This document shows positions 23,930 through 34,299 of a stretch of 37,954 bases of DNA, one piece after another. This DNA comes from Octopus bimaculoides. Its lineage: Eukaryota. A program made the position numbers and the translations under genes. The first letter of the stretch is position 1, and each line of letters starts with the position of its first letter. Location: assembly GCF_001194135.2 (NCBI RefSeq), contig NC_068988.1, positions 80,886,751 through 80,924,704 of the forward strand. The letters run 5' to 3'. A model generated the notes under the pieces. That model saw only the letters and a program-made list of their open reading frames with translations, was not told where the DNA came from and ran no database searches.

Positions 23930-24291
23930 AGAGTTATTTGTTTCGATGGAGAGCATCCAGCAAATAGCTAACTCCATCCACCAGAGTATTAAAGTTACAA
24001 TAGACTACCCTACTAAACACCCTAACCATAGATTACCTGTATTAGATACTGAACTCTGGCTAGAAACTAAGAACAATAAAACCAGAATCCTCCATTCACA
24101 CTATACAAAACCTATGGCCTCCAAATACCTGATCCACCGGAACTCGGCTATTGCGGACAATGCCAAATTCAACATATTGATGGCAGACCTCGTCAGAGTA
24201 ATGCGAAATGTCTCCTACATGTGCGACCCTACAGAATTAAAGAGACATATACAACATTTCGTCCACCGCATGCAGTTCTCAGGTTACAGCC
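23930..24291 (+). mobile_element. Penelope-like element reverse transcriptase fragment (C-terminal RT/thumb), 5'-truncated, running into a gap
   Basis: Uninterrupted frame MESIQQIANSIHQSIKVTIDYPTKHPNHRLPVLDTELWL...HYTKPMASKYLIHRNSA...RMQFSGYS; LP.LD, Y.KP..S...H..SA and ..SGY are PLE motifs; clade not assignable. Confidence 0.85.
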
Positions 24292-25119
24292 NNNNNNNNN
24301 NNNNNNNNNNNNNNNNNNNNNNNNNNNNNNNNNNNNNNNNNNNNNNNNNNNNNNNNNNNNNNNNNNNNNNNNNNNNNNNNNNNNNNNNNNNNNNNNNNNN
24401 NNNNNNNNNNNNNNNNNNNNNNNNNNNNNNNNNNNNNNNNNNNNNNNNNNNNNNNNNNNNNNNNNNNNNNNNNNNNNNNNNNNNNNNNNNNNNNNNNNNN
24501 NNNNNNNNNNNNNNNNNNNNNNNNNNNNNNNNNNNNNNNNNNNNNNNNNNNNNNNNNNNNNNNNNNNNNNNNNNNNNNNNNNNNNNNNNNNNNNNNNNNN
24601 NNNNNNNNNNNNNNNNNNNNNNNNNNNNNNNNNNNNNNNNNNNNNNNNNNNNNNNNNNNNNNNNNNNNNNNNNNNNNNNNNNNNNNNNNNNNNNNNNNNN
24701 NNNNNNNNNNNNNNNNNNNNNNNNNNNNNNNNNNNNNNNNNNNNNNNNNNNNNNNNNNNNNNNNNNNNNNNNNNNNNNNNNNNNNNNNNNNNNNNNNNNN
24801 NNNNNNNNNNNNNNNNNNNNNNNNNNNNNNNNNNNNNNNNNNNNNNNNNNNNNNNNNNNNNNNNNNNNNNNNNNNNNNNNNNNNNNNNNNNNNNNNNNNN
24901 NNNNNNNNNNNNNNNNNNNNNNNNNNNNNNNNNNNNNNNNNNNNNNNNNNNNNNNNNNNNNNNNNNNNNNNNNNNNNNNNNNNNNNNNNNNNNNNNNNNN
25001 NNNNNNNNNNNNNNNNNNNNNNNNNNNNNNNNNNNNNNNNNNNNNNNNNNNNNNNNNNNNNNNNNNNNNNNNNNNNNNNNNNNNNNNNNNNNNNNNNNNN
25101 NNNNNNNNNNNNNNNNNNN
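24292..25119. other. Assembly gap (828 N)
   Basis: N run. Confidence 1.
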
Positions 25120-25680
25120 CATGTTACCCATAAACCAATAATAATATGAACAAAATATAATACAATACATAGATAAACAAATAGAATTAAATACTACATA
25201 CGTTAACAAAATTTAATTAACCACAAAAAAAAACAGTAGATAAAAAAACAAAAAAAACAAACACACATGAACAAATAAATAAATAAGAACAAATACAAAC
25301 GAACACGTATTAACAGAGAATATAGGTGATACAGACACTCCCCATACACACATGCACTTACAAAAGACACAGACACATTGAAGGACACGCATGCGTAGAC
25401 ACAAACAATAGGAATACAAAATACAAAATGGCTGATAGTTAGCAAGGTGAGACACACATAAGAAAGAAGGAAACAAAGGACCACTGATGATGTCACAGAA
25501 GTGTGACGAAAGAACTCTGGCCGAAATAAGATTAAGATTAATGTAATATAAAGCTGAAGCAAATTAACACCAAATATACAGTGCGTGTGTTTTTATTAAA
25601 CTGGCAATATGACCATCCCCAAGTACAACAACATCTGTTTCAACACACGATTTCACATCAAAAATCTTGCAAAACAAATA
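25120..25680 (+). mobile_element. Probable PLE 3' region / pseudo-LTR (A/C-rich) carrying a hammerhead motif
   Basis: Same strand as the PLE RT across the gap; strongly A-rich; contains the HHR core; 25450-25680 is homologous to 27021-27330. Confidence 0.65.
25478..25522 (+). ncRNA. Minimal type I hammerhead ribozyme candidate
   Basis: GGACCA-CTGATGA-T-GTCACA(GAAG)TGTGAC-GAAA-GAAC-TC/TGGCC: both core boxes, 6-bp stem II with tetraloop, UC cleavage site at 25516-25517, stem I GG(A)CCA:TGGCC. Confidence 0.8.
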
Positions 25681-25894
25681 TATATATATATTTATATATA
25701 TATATCATCAACATTATTTTACTCCTACTTTCTATGTTGTACACACAAACATAGAAACAGAACTGAATATTTATATGATTTTATCATAGCTGAGAATCTA
25801 CATTTGTTTTCACATGATCTCTAATTATATTCAAATTTCACTCACTTAGCTGACGGAAATGAAATTATATAGGCAATGTAGTTATATAGTTTTC

Positions 25895-26015
25895 AGTTCA
25901 GTCACATTTCATGGCACCTGGGGAGTGTCTTTTACTATATCCTTGGGCCAATCAAAGCTTTGTGAGTAGATTTGGCAGACAGAAATTGAAGGAATCTTCA
26001 CATACGTATGCATGT
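25895..26015 (+). mobile_element. SINE family B fragment
   Basis: catggcacctggggagtgtcttttactatatccttgggccaatcaaagctttgtgagtagatttggcagacagaaattgaa is homologous to 37180-37265. Confidence 0.75.
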
Positions 26016-26094
26016 TTACATTTTCTCTTCTTAATTTAGAATTAATTTTCACCAACCACTTGTTTGCTAGCAAGATTGTAAAGGAAAGCATCTT

Positions 26095-26910
26095 GTTTCA
26101 TTGATCATCTTTTAAAAGGTCTTGTAGATTTTTATTGTTCCAGATAACGCGATCATTTATAGTGTATGAGTTAAGGAATTGCATTCTCTCCCCAAAACCC
26201 AAGTTCAGCCATACTTGGGTTGATATGTATCCTATTGCTCTTATAATACACTTAAGTTGTATCTTGGGTACTGGATTTGAAAACTTCTTATCAATAATCC
26301 TTTCTCTCTTCTGTATTTTCTGATCACAGTAGTGTTCAGATGGCAACTGATTTTCACAACACTATCATGGTGAATGTTTTAATTTTTAAGGTCCACCACT
26401 ATTCTTTTGATCCAACATTGTTGGTGTTTTCTTCTTTTTTTGTGTTCTGTCCCAGACTGTTCTGGCTACTGCATTTAGAAGACATTCTTTTGCAGTTGGC
26501 AATAATGTAGTTGTTGTCTTCAGTTGCACATCCTACACTTGTTGTCTGTCAATATTTTCTACCTTTTATGCTGCAAGTAATTAGTGGGGATCCCTTGTTA
26601 TTAAATTACATGGAGGTAGCTTTCAACATAAGGTATCATAAACTTGAGAGTACTCCATGTCAAGCTTTTGATATGATTTATTCTCTTTATGGCTTGCATG
26701 TTTTGTGCCTAATACCCATGCACTTTCTTCTTAAGGAATTGATCCATTTTTGTTGTTGTTGTTCTGATGAAAGAAAACTTAAGAGTGCTCTTTGGGAGGA
26801 GATATACATCAGCTCTTAGTTCATGCCTCTCCATAAGTTCATTAGCTATCCTAATGATGTTGTTTTCATGGTTGCAAGTTTGAGCAAGATAGTTACTGGC
26901 CTCTTTCATC
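26095..26910 (-). mobile_element. R4/Dong-like (RLE-type) non-LTR retrotransposon, decayed C-terminal region
   Basis: Fragmented frames read KKVHGY, DNKCRMCN..ED...IIANCKRMSS (CCHC knuckle remnant), IIRAIGYI..LGF, IALSGTIKIYKTF*. Confidence 0.7.
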
Positions 26911-27010
26911 TGCTGCAGATATTACTTCAGTGACACAATATGTATTCTATATGGAATCAATACAGATTTGAGACCACAGCCACCATCCTAGTGTGGGATC
27001 TCAAGCAAAC

Positions 27011-27348
27011 AATCTATTTAGTTATATTTCAGGATGGTCATTTAGTTTTTTTAATTTTCTTGCCAAATAAACACACACTATATATTTGTTCTTCACTTCA
27101 AATTTATTATTGTTCTTATTTTAAGCCCTTTGTCCGGAAACCTTTTGTCACACATCCTGTGATCTCTTCAATGACTCTTCATCCTATGTGTCTCTTTCTG
27201 TTCTGTTTAGTCCATTCTGTCTTTCTGTGTTTATTTGACAAGAGAAAAAAAAATGACCATCCTGAAATATAACAATATTTGTTTCAATACACGATTTCAC
27301 ATAAAGAATTTTGCAAAATAAGTACATAAAAAAAAAAATCTATTTAGT
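27011..27348. mobile_element. Short retroposed insertion with 12-bp TSD, poly(A) tail, 5' inversion and a decayed hammerhead; same family as 25450-25680
   Basis: TSD aatctatttagt at 27011-27022 and 27337-27348; A-run at 27328-27338; perfect 23-bp inverted repeat gttatatttcaggatggtcattt / aaatgaccatcctgaaatataac; HHR homolog on minus at 27132-27177. Confidence 0.75.
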
Positions 27349-27389
27349 ATTTTCCATTTATACTCTGCAGATTTATATTTTAATTTCTT

Positions 27390-27408
27390 AGTATGTGTGT
27401 GTGTGTGC

Positions 27409-27445
<37 letters not shown>

Positions 27446-27715
27446 TGTGTGTGTATGTATGTTTGTGTGCATATGTGTGTGTGCATGTGAATGCATATGC
27501 TGATGTGTCTCCTTGTTTTAACACTGTGCAATAGTTGTATCATTGTCATACAAGCAGTGGTCGGTCATTCCCAATCTTCCATGAAATGTGTCCAGCCCTG
27601 AAGATGGACTTAAAAACAAAGTGATGAGGTGGTGACAGAAAGAGCATAGAGAAGAAACTGCTTCAGTGAACTCCATGCAATCATGGTAAGGTGGACATTA
27701 AAATGATGATGATGT
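27390..27715 (+). mobile_element. SINE family B 3' portion with TG microsatellite and RTE-like (GAT)n tail, decayed
   Basis: gtgtctccttgttttaacactgtgcaatagttgt...catggtaaggtggacattaaaatgatgatgatg resembles 7900-8135. Confidence 0.55.
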
Positions 27716-27963
27716 GGAGGGGGAAGAGGAAGATAGCACAACCAGTAACAATTTTATCTCCCACATGAAGACTATTGCTCCAACTGATACGGGCATATTT
27801 GCAGAAGCTTGATGGAAATGGCATAAATTCATTTACAACTTATCCCCAAGTAAGTTACCTTAGCACTTTTCCATATTTTGAAAATACACACACACACACA
27901 CACACATATACATACATACATACATATGTATGTATATACATATGTATATATATATATATATAT

Positions 27964-28412
27964 NNNNNNNNNNNNNNNNNNNNNNNNNNNNNNNNNNNNN
28001 NNNNNNNNNNNNNNNNNNNNNNNNNNNNNNNNNNNNNNNNNNNNNNNNNNNNNNNNNNNNNNNNNNNNNNNNNNNNNNNNNNNNNNNNNNNNNNNNNNNN
28101 NNNNNNNNNNNNNNNNNNNNNNNNNNNNNNNNNNNNNNNNNNNNNNNNNNNNNNNNNNNNNNNNNNNNNNNNNNNNNNNNNNNNNNNNNNNNNNNNNNNN
28201 NNNNNNNNNNNNNNNNNNNNNNNNNNNNNNNNNNNNNNNNNNNNNNNNNNNNNNNNNNNNNNNNNNNNNNNNNNNNNNNNNNNNNNNNNNNNNNNNNNNN
28301 NNNNNNNNNNNNNNNNNNNNNNNNNNNNNNNNNNNNNNNNNNNNNNNNNNNNNNNNNNNNNNNNNNNNNNNNNNNNNNNNNNNNNNNNNNNNNNNNNNNN
28401 NNNNNNNNNNNN
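27964..28412. other. Assembly gap (449 N)
   Basis: N run. Confidence 1.
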
Positions 28413-28999
28413 AATCTTGTAAACCAAATCCAAAAATGAAGTATAATATACATGTATACGTGCATACACACATACATTCTCATGCCTCCCCAAATGTAAC
28501 TGGGTCAACAGAGACAAGTGTAGAACATATTCAACTTAGAAATATCCTGGAACCAGAGTTTGCAGAAAACTTTTCTACTTTTTTGAAACTGTTGTGAAGT
28601 GACAAACCATTCTTAAGATTAAGAAAAATTCTTACAACACTAAGGTTGAAAGTTATTGGTGATGTCATTGGAGAGCAAATGGAATCATTTGATGTTAATT
28701 ACTGGAATATTAATACCCTCACATATACAGCTGCTATCACTCTTCTAGAATACCTAGGAGAAATCTACAGTATACATGGTAAAGAAACTACTAAACAGAA
28801 GCAACTTAGATGGAAAACAAAACCTGAAGAAAACATCAACAATCTGTGCCACCATATTAGATGGTTAACCATGATAATAAAATGTAAGAGGTATAATAAG
28901 TTTACACATTGTCAATTACATCTTATGAATAAATTAACAAAAGTCTATGGTGACTCTTCACACCAAGCTCTTGAGAGAAGGTTAATTACTCTAAAATAG
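28413..28999 (+). mobile_element. R4/Dong-like non-LTR retrotransposon, region N-terminal to RT
   Basis: Reads YWNINTLTYTAAITLLEYLG...QLRWKTKPEENINNLCHHIRWL...KLTKVYG, resembling the W.IN.L.YAAA...W...LE..I..LR..I pattern recalled for this clade. Confidence 0.55.
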
Positions 29000-29412
29000 T
29001 GGTTCTCAACCCTTTTATTGAAATGAGTTTTCCCACGGACCCCTTTTAATATGTTTATCCTTATGTGTGTGTCCCCTGTTGTTATGTCCTGTTAATTGCA
29101 TTTGTATTTGTGTAACATTTCTCTGGGTTTTTTTTTTTTCCATCCTTGTTTTCATATACATTTGCTGCTTTTTTCCAAGGAATCTAATGCTCTTAGCTTA
29201 GTTTTTCCTTGGGGCTGGCCAGATTGGAGCAATCTCAAGTATAACCAGCCGAAATTGCAAAGATAATCTAGAACTCAACTGAGGAAAGAAAACTCTGAAT
29301 GACCTGTCCTTGTTTTCTTTGTATTGTCTGTCTGGATGTTTTGTTGTCCCCTTTTTTGTATCACCTAACTGTCTGGGTGTTTTGCATTCTTGTCCCATTT
29401 TTGTATTTTATA

Positions 29413-30159
29413 TCATCATCATCATCATCATCGTTTAACGTCCGCTTTCCATGCTAGCATGGGTTGGACGATTTGACTGAGGACTGGTGAAACCGGATGG
29501 CAACACCAGGCTCCAATCTAAATTTGGCAGAGTTTCTNNNNNNNNNNNNNNNNNNNNNNNNNNNNNNNNNNNNNNNNNNNNNNNNNNNNNNNNNNNNNNN
29601 NNNNNNNNNNNNNNNNNNNNNNNNNNNNNNNNNNNNNNNNNNNNNNNNNNNNNNNNNNNNNNNNNNNNNNNNNNNNNNNNNNNNNNNNNNNNNNNNNNNN
29701 NNNNNNNNNNNNNNNNNNNNNNNNNNNNNNNNNNNNNNNNNNNNNNNNNNNNNNNNNNNNNNNNNNNNNNNNNNNNNNNNNNNNNNNNNNNNNNNNNNNN
29801 NNNNNNNNNNNNNNNNNNNNNNNNNNNNNNNNNNCTTTTACGCGTCACCTGCACGAAGGCCAGTCAGGCAATACTGGCAACGGCCACACTCAAAATGGTG
29901 TCTTTTATGTGCCACCCGCACAAGCCAGTCCAGGGGTACTGGCAACAATCTCGCTCGAAAATCCTACGGGAGCCAGTCAGGCGGTACTGGCAACGGCCAC
30001 GCTCAAAATGGTGCATCTTATGTGCCACCCGCACAAGAGCCAGTCCAGGGGCACTGGCAATGATCTTACTTGGCTTGCCGGGTCTTCTCACGCACAGCAC
30101 ACTTCCAAAGGTCTCTGTCAGTAGTCATCGCCTCGGTGAGGCCCAATGTACGAAGGTCT
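29413..30159 (-). mobile_element. RTE LINE 3' end: ORF2 C-terminus, 3' UTR with ~113 bp internal tandem repeat, (GAT)n tail; spans a gap
   Basis: Minus frame reads DLRTLGLTEAMTTDRDLWKCAVREKTRQAK* (stop 30066-30068); repeat units start at 29859 and 29972; tail at 29413-29431. Confidence 0.88.
29538..29834. other. Assembly gap (297 N)
   Basis: N run. Confidence 1.
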
Positions 30160-30179
30160 TTTATATATATATATATAAA

Positions 30180-31040
30180 TGATTTCTAGACAAAGACAGA
30201 GGCAAACAGAGTCTCAGCAAAATGAAACCTTTGGTGAGCATCAAGAAAGATAGGAGCAAGATATATTTCACCATATAGTTGCACGAAGAAATGAGTCTAA
30301 AGAAGAGAGACAACAGCCTTTGATGGCTAATAGAAACAGGTATCAAAATTTAAGACAATGTGAGATTCAAAATGCTAAACGTTCTGCATAACTGTATGAC
30401 AAAAATGACCCATGTAACAAAGCTGCAGTTGGAGAAATGACCAAACTTTGTCAGTGTGGTGTAAAGAAATTTACTGGAGAACCACCAGGAATGTGCTGTG
30501 GAAATGGAAAGGTTACACTGGATCTGCCTTAGTTATTTCAAGAACTGTTCGCTGGGGAAAGTCAATTCAGCAAACACTTTTTGTCAAGGCTCAAGGAGTA
30601 CAACTCTCTGTTTGCAGTGACCAGCTTTGATCATAAAGATGCATCTGTACCAGATTGGAATCCATCTGTAAGAATTCAAGGTCAAATTTACCATCAACTT
30701 TGGGAAAATAAGTATGCTAAGGGAAGATATGCCCAGTGTTTTAATGCACCAACAAGGGCTGAAGTTGAAATTTTCATGTCAAGTGAGCCTACAGATGATA
30801 GAGATATTGTTCTTCAGTTGAAACAAGGTGGATTGAGAATTTCAGAGTTACATCAAGCCTCTGATCCTTTGATGTATCCATTGTTTTTTCCATATGGAAC
30901 AGATGGCTACCACATATATTTGCAAGGGAGAAATTACCACCAAGGAAAGGTGAAATATCGCGATTGGAGGATTTCCTGACTCACCAAATATGTTACTTAA
31001 TCCCAAACAATGCTGGGTATGCCTGCTAGTACGTAAATAA
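30180..31040 (+). mobile_element. Helitron RepHel N-terminal/Rep-proximal fragment, internally deleted pseudogene
   Basis: Reads KKFTGEPPGMCCGNGKV, EYNSLFAVTSF, VRIQGQIYH, then jumps to FNAPTRAEV, DRDIVL, ISELHQASDPLMYPLFFPYGTDGYH. Confidence 0.9.
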
Positions 31041-31134
31041 ATATGCATACATCATTTTTGTATGTATGTGTGCATGTGTGTGTGTGTATGTGTGAGAGAG
31101 AGAGAGAGAGAAGTCATATATATATATATATATA

Positions 31135-31468
31135 CACAAATACACATACATATATATTATATATATATATATATCATCATCGTTTAACGTCCGCTTTCCA
31201 TGCTAGCATGGGTTGGACGATTTGACTGAGGACTGGTGAACCAGATGGCTACACCAGGCTCCAATCTGATTTGGCAGAGTTTCTACAGCTGGATGCCCTA
31301 GAAACTCTGCCAAATCAGATTGGTGCCTGGTGTAGCCATCTGGCTTCACCAGTCCTCAGTCAAATCATCCAACCCACACTAGCATGGAAAGCGGATGTTA
31401 AACGACGACGATGATGATGATGATGATGATAGATATATATATATAATATATATGTATATGTATTTGTG
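31135..31468. repeat. Fold-back inverted duplication of an RTE 3' end plus its flanking microsatellite
   Basis: Arms 31135-31285 and 31299-31468; 13-nt spacer cagctggatgccc; flanking TA/CA pattern is mirrored too. Confidence 0.92.
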
Positions 31469-31489
31469 TGTGTATGTGTGTGTGTGTGT

Positions 31490-31659
31490 CTTTGTGTCTG
31501 TGTTTATGTCCCTATAACTTAGTGGTTTGGCAAAAAGGACCGATAGAATAAATATCAGGCTTAAAAAATAAGTCCTGGGGTCGATTTGTTCAACTAAAAA
31601 ACCCCTTCAAAATGGTGCTCCAGCATGGCTGAAGTCAAATGACTGAAACAAGTAAAAGA

Positions 31660-31660
<1 letters not shown>
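31490..31660 (+). mobile_element. SINE family B 3' half
   Basis: taacttagtggtttggcaaaaaggaccgatagaataa...ggtgctccagcatggctgaagtcaaatgactgaaacaagtaaaaga matches 37380-37531. Confidence 0.85.
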
Positions 31661-31714
<54 letters not shown>

Positions 31715-31819
31715 TATGTATGTATGTATATAGATATAGATATGAATATAGAGAGAAAGATAGGACCCTTCTGGTGTTCTGGGGGTGTGATAATCTCTTT
31801 AGTGTTATTGGCCCATGAT

Positions 31820-32015
31820 AAAATGTATGCAGTACACTATAAAAGTGTTGGTAACAGCAAGGGCATCCTCCAGCTGTAGAAAGTATGCCAAGTATACCAA
31901 AAATGTATCCTATAAGGGAGTCACAGTTCTCTGACCCATTTAGGAGACTGGTAACTCTAAATAAGGACTCAAATTATGATAATTTGTCTAACCCATCCCA
32001 ACATGGAAAGTCAAT
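31820..32015 (+). mobile_element. Decayed RTE 3' UTR fragment
   Basis: gcagtacactataaaagtgttggtaacagcaagggcatcctccagctgtagaaa...acccatcccaacatggaaag. Confidence 0.6.
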
Positions 32016-32439
32016 TAAAATAATGAAAATGACATGTATTGACTATGCACTTGTAAAACAAGTAAACAAGAGAAAAAGAAAATGATGTATTATAAAGAAG
32101 TTGTAAAATAAAATTAATTCAATGTATTCATATAAACTTTTTTTTATTTTTCAGTGTAAAGTATTTCCATGAAAATATCAGTAACAGAAAAGCAAACGGT
32201 GTCTTTTGTAAATGTATCACTGAATAAGACAGTTGTTGAACTTTTTACATCTGCTATTAATATACTCAACACTGAATTAAAAAGTTAACTAGAAGTAATT
32301 ATGTGGTTAGTGAATAAACAATATTAGGAACTGGCTACTTTTACTTCAGATATTTCAACAAATATGCAAGAGAATTCTAAACATGTTTTGGTTTTATTCA
32401 AGCCTTATTTTCAAAGCATTGATTTCACTGTACTAGTAA

Positions 32440-32660
32440 AGGTATGTGACTAAGTGGTTATGGTGTTTGGCTCATGATCACAAGGTTGTGGATTCAGTTT
32501 TTGGTATGGGTTGCGTGTTGTGTCCTTGAACAATGCATTTCGGTTCACATTACTCCAGTCTGCTCATCTTTGGAGACAGTATTCTCTACTGCCAACTGTT
32601 ACATCCTGGATGATGTATTGAGTCATGAGTGTGAGGGCCAAGATGGCGCCTATGTTTGTT
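32440..32660 (+). mobile_element. SINE family A, decayed
   Basis: ggtatgtgactaagtggttatggtgtttggctcatgatcacaaggttgtggattcag: tRNA-like head. Confidence 0.65.
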
Positions 32661-32767
32661 TGTGACAACATAAGAACCTAAAGCAATTAGAGAAAGCATG
32701 GTAATAAGTCATACTCACTCATGAGTGATATCTGCCTATATGTATGCCAAAATATTATTTTCAAATT

Positions 32768-32970
32768 TTAGCACAAGGCCAGCAATCTCAGGGGAGGGAG
32801 TAAGTTAATTACATCAATACCAGTGCTCAACTAGTACTTATTTTATCAACCCTGAAAGAATGAAAGGCAAAGTCAACCTTGGCAGAATTTGAATGCAGAG
32901 CATAAAAATGGATGAAATGCTGCTAAGCATTTTGCCCAATGTGCTAATGATTCTGCCAGTTTGCTGCCTT
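32768..32970 (-). mobile_element. SINE family C
   Basis: Reverse complement of the 19791-20075 core (gaatgaaaggcaaagtcaaccttggcagaatttgaa). Confidence 0.85.
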
Positions 32971-33377
32971 AGTGTATGCCAAAAATATTGATAATATTTT
33001 TTGCTAACAAATATACAATGATGAAGATTTGTAGGTCTGGGAAAGTAGAATTGTTCAATAAATAAACTGTTCAGAGACACTATTTGCATGAAAATCAGTA
33101 AGTAAATTACTATTGGAGTATGATGCTTCTTTGGACCCATCAGATCCTGTCAAACAATCCAGTTCATGCCATCATGGAAGAAGAATGTTAAAATATCATG
33201 ATGACGACAATGTAAATGAAGCTGATGATCATGATGCTAACCATTGTATACTTAATCTCAGTGAATGCTCCATCACCACTTTTGTATGGTGAAGACTATA
33301 GTTCATGGTTGAAGTGATAAGACTGTAACTATCTACAGTTGTCTTCTTTACTTGCAAAAACAATATTGGTTCCAAAT

Positions 33378-33560
33378 TTTGGCACAAGGCCAGCCATTTC
33401 AAGGGAATGGGTAAGTCAATTACATCGACCCCCAATGTTCAACTGGTATTATTTTATCGACTCCAAAAAGATGAAAAGCAAAGTTGACCTCAGCGGAATT
33501 TGAACTCAGAACATAAAGATGGACAAAATGTTGCCAAGTATTTTGCTACGTGCACTAAAT
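33378..33560 (-). mobile_element. SINE family C
   Basis: gatgaaaagcaaagttgacctcagcggaatttgaactcagaac. Confidence 0.85.
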
Positions 33561-34299
33561 AATTAACAAATGATTTTTAAACCTCATGGCATATTTATTT
33601 CAAATTACCTATTTAATTGTTCAATCATTAACCTCTCAGTTCTAACTTTTTGTATTTCCAATGTTGTATGCAGAGAAGAAGGGGCCTCAGGTGCAAAGTC
33701 TGATCTGAATGTTTGCAACAAAGTGGAATCTACTAAAAGCAAGACAGGGACCAAGTGGTTAGGTTAAATCTAGCAACTGATTAAGACTACTACTCAAGAA
33801 CAAGAATAATACTTCTAATAGGCTTCCACTCACTTCCTGCCTGTCTATTTCACTCACAAGATTTTAGTTAACTCAAGGCTTTTATAGAAGACATTCCAAC
33901 ATGCTGTGCTGTGAGATTGAACCTGGAGCCACAAATGCATTTGTAAGCAGTGTTATACATATAACAATGTCTTCTGATTTCCTGATGGTTTTCATTCAGT
34001 TACTGCATTGGTAGGTGACTTCCTCTTGATGTTGATGGTGGGTAATTTTCTCCAGGACACAGGGGCAGTTTTTTTTTCCCAGTACACCTGCAAATGAAGC
34101 ACTTGAAGGTTTGGAGGTTGTGTGAGGGATACGAAGGGTCAAAACTTAGAGGATAGTTTTGATGACTCACTAAATAGTCCAGGAAGGCTTAGAATAAAAG
34201 AAAAAATACATACAAGTGGCAGAGTTCCAACCAGCTAGCTGATTTAAAATACCACTCTTGGTCAGAGTTGAGGGGTAGTGTACAAAATGTGAGGTATGC

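Noticed and set aside
29170-29400. 66-aa minus ORF as a host gene
   Set aside because: No splice context, wedged between TE fragments; likely an unassigned repeat piece.
23055-30182. Long ORFs in the track (e.g. 23892-25133, 24229-25209, 27775-28597, 29487-30182)
   Set aside because: Their length comes from N-gaps read as X; only the PLE RT part before 24292 is real coding signal.
32440-32448. AAG|GTATGT as a host splice donor
   Set aside because: Coincides with the 5' end of a SINE family A copy, so it is not independent evidence of an exon.
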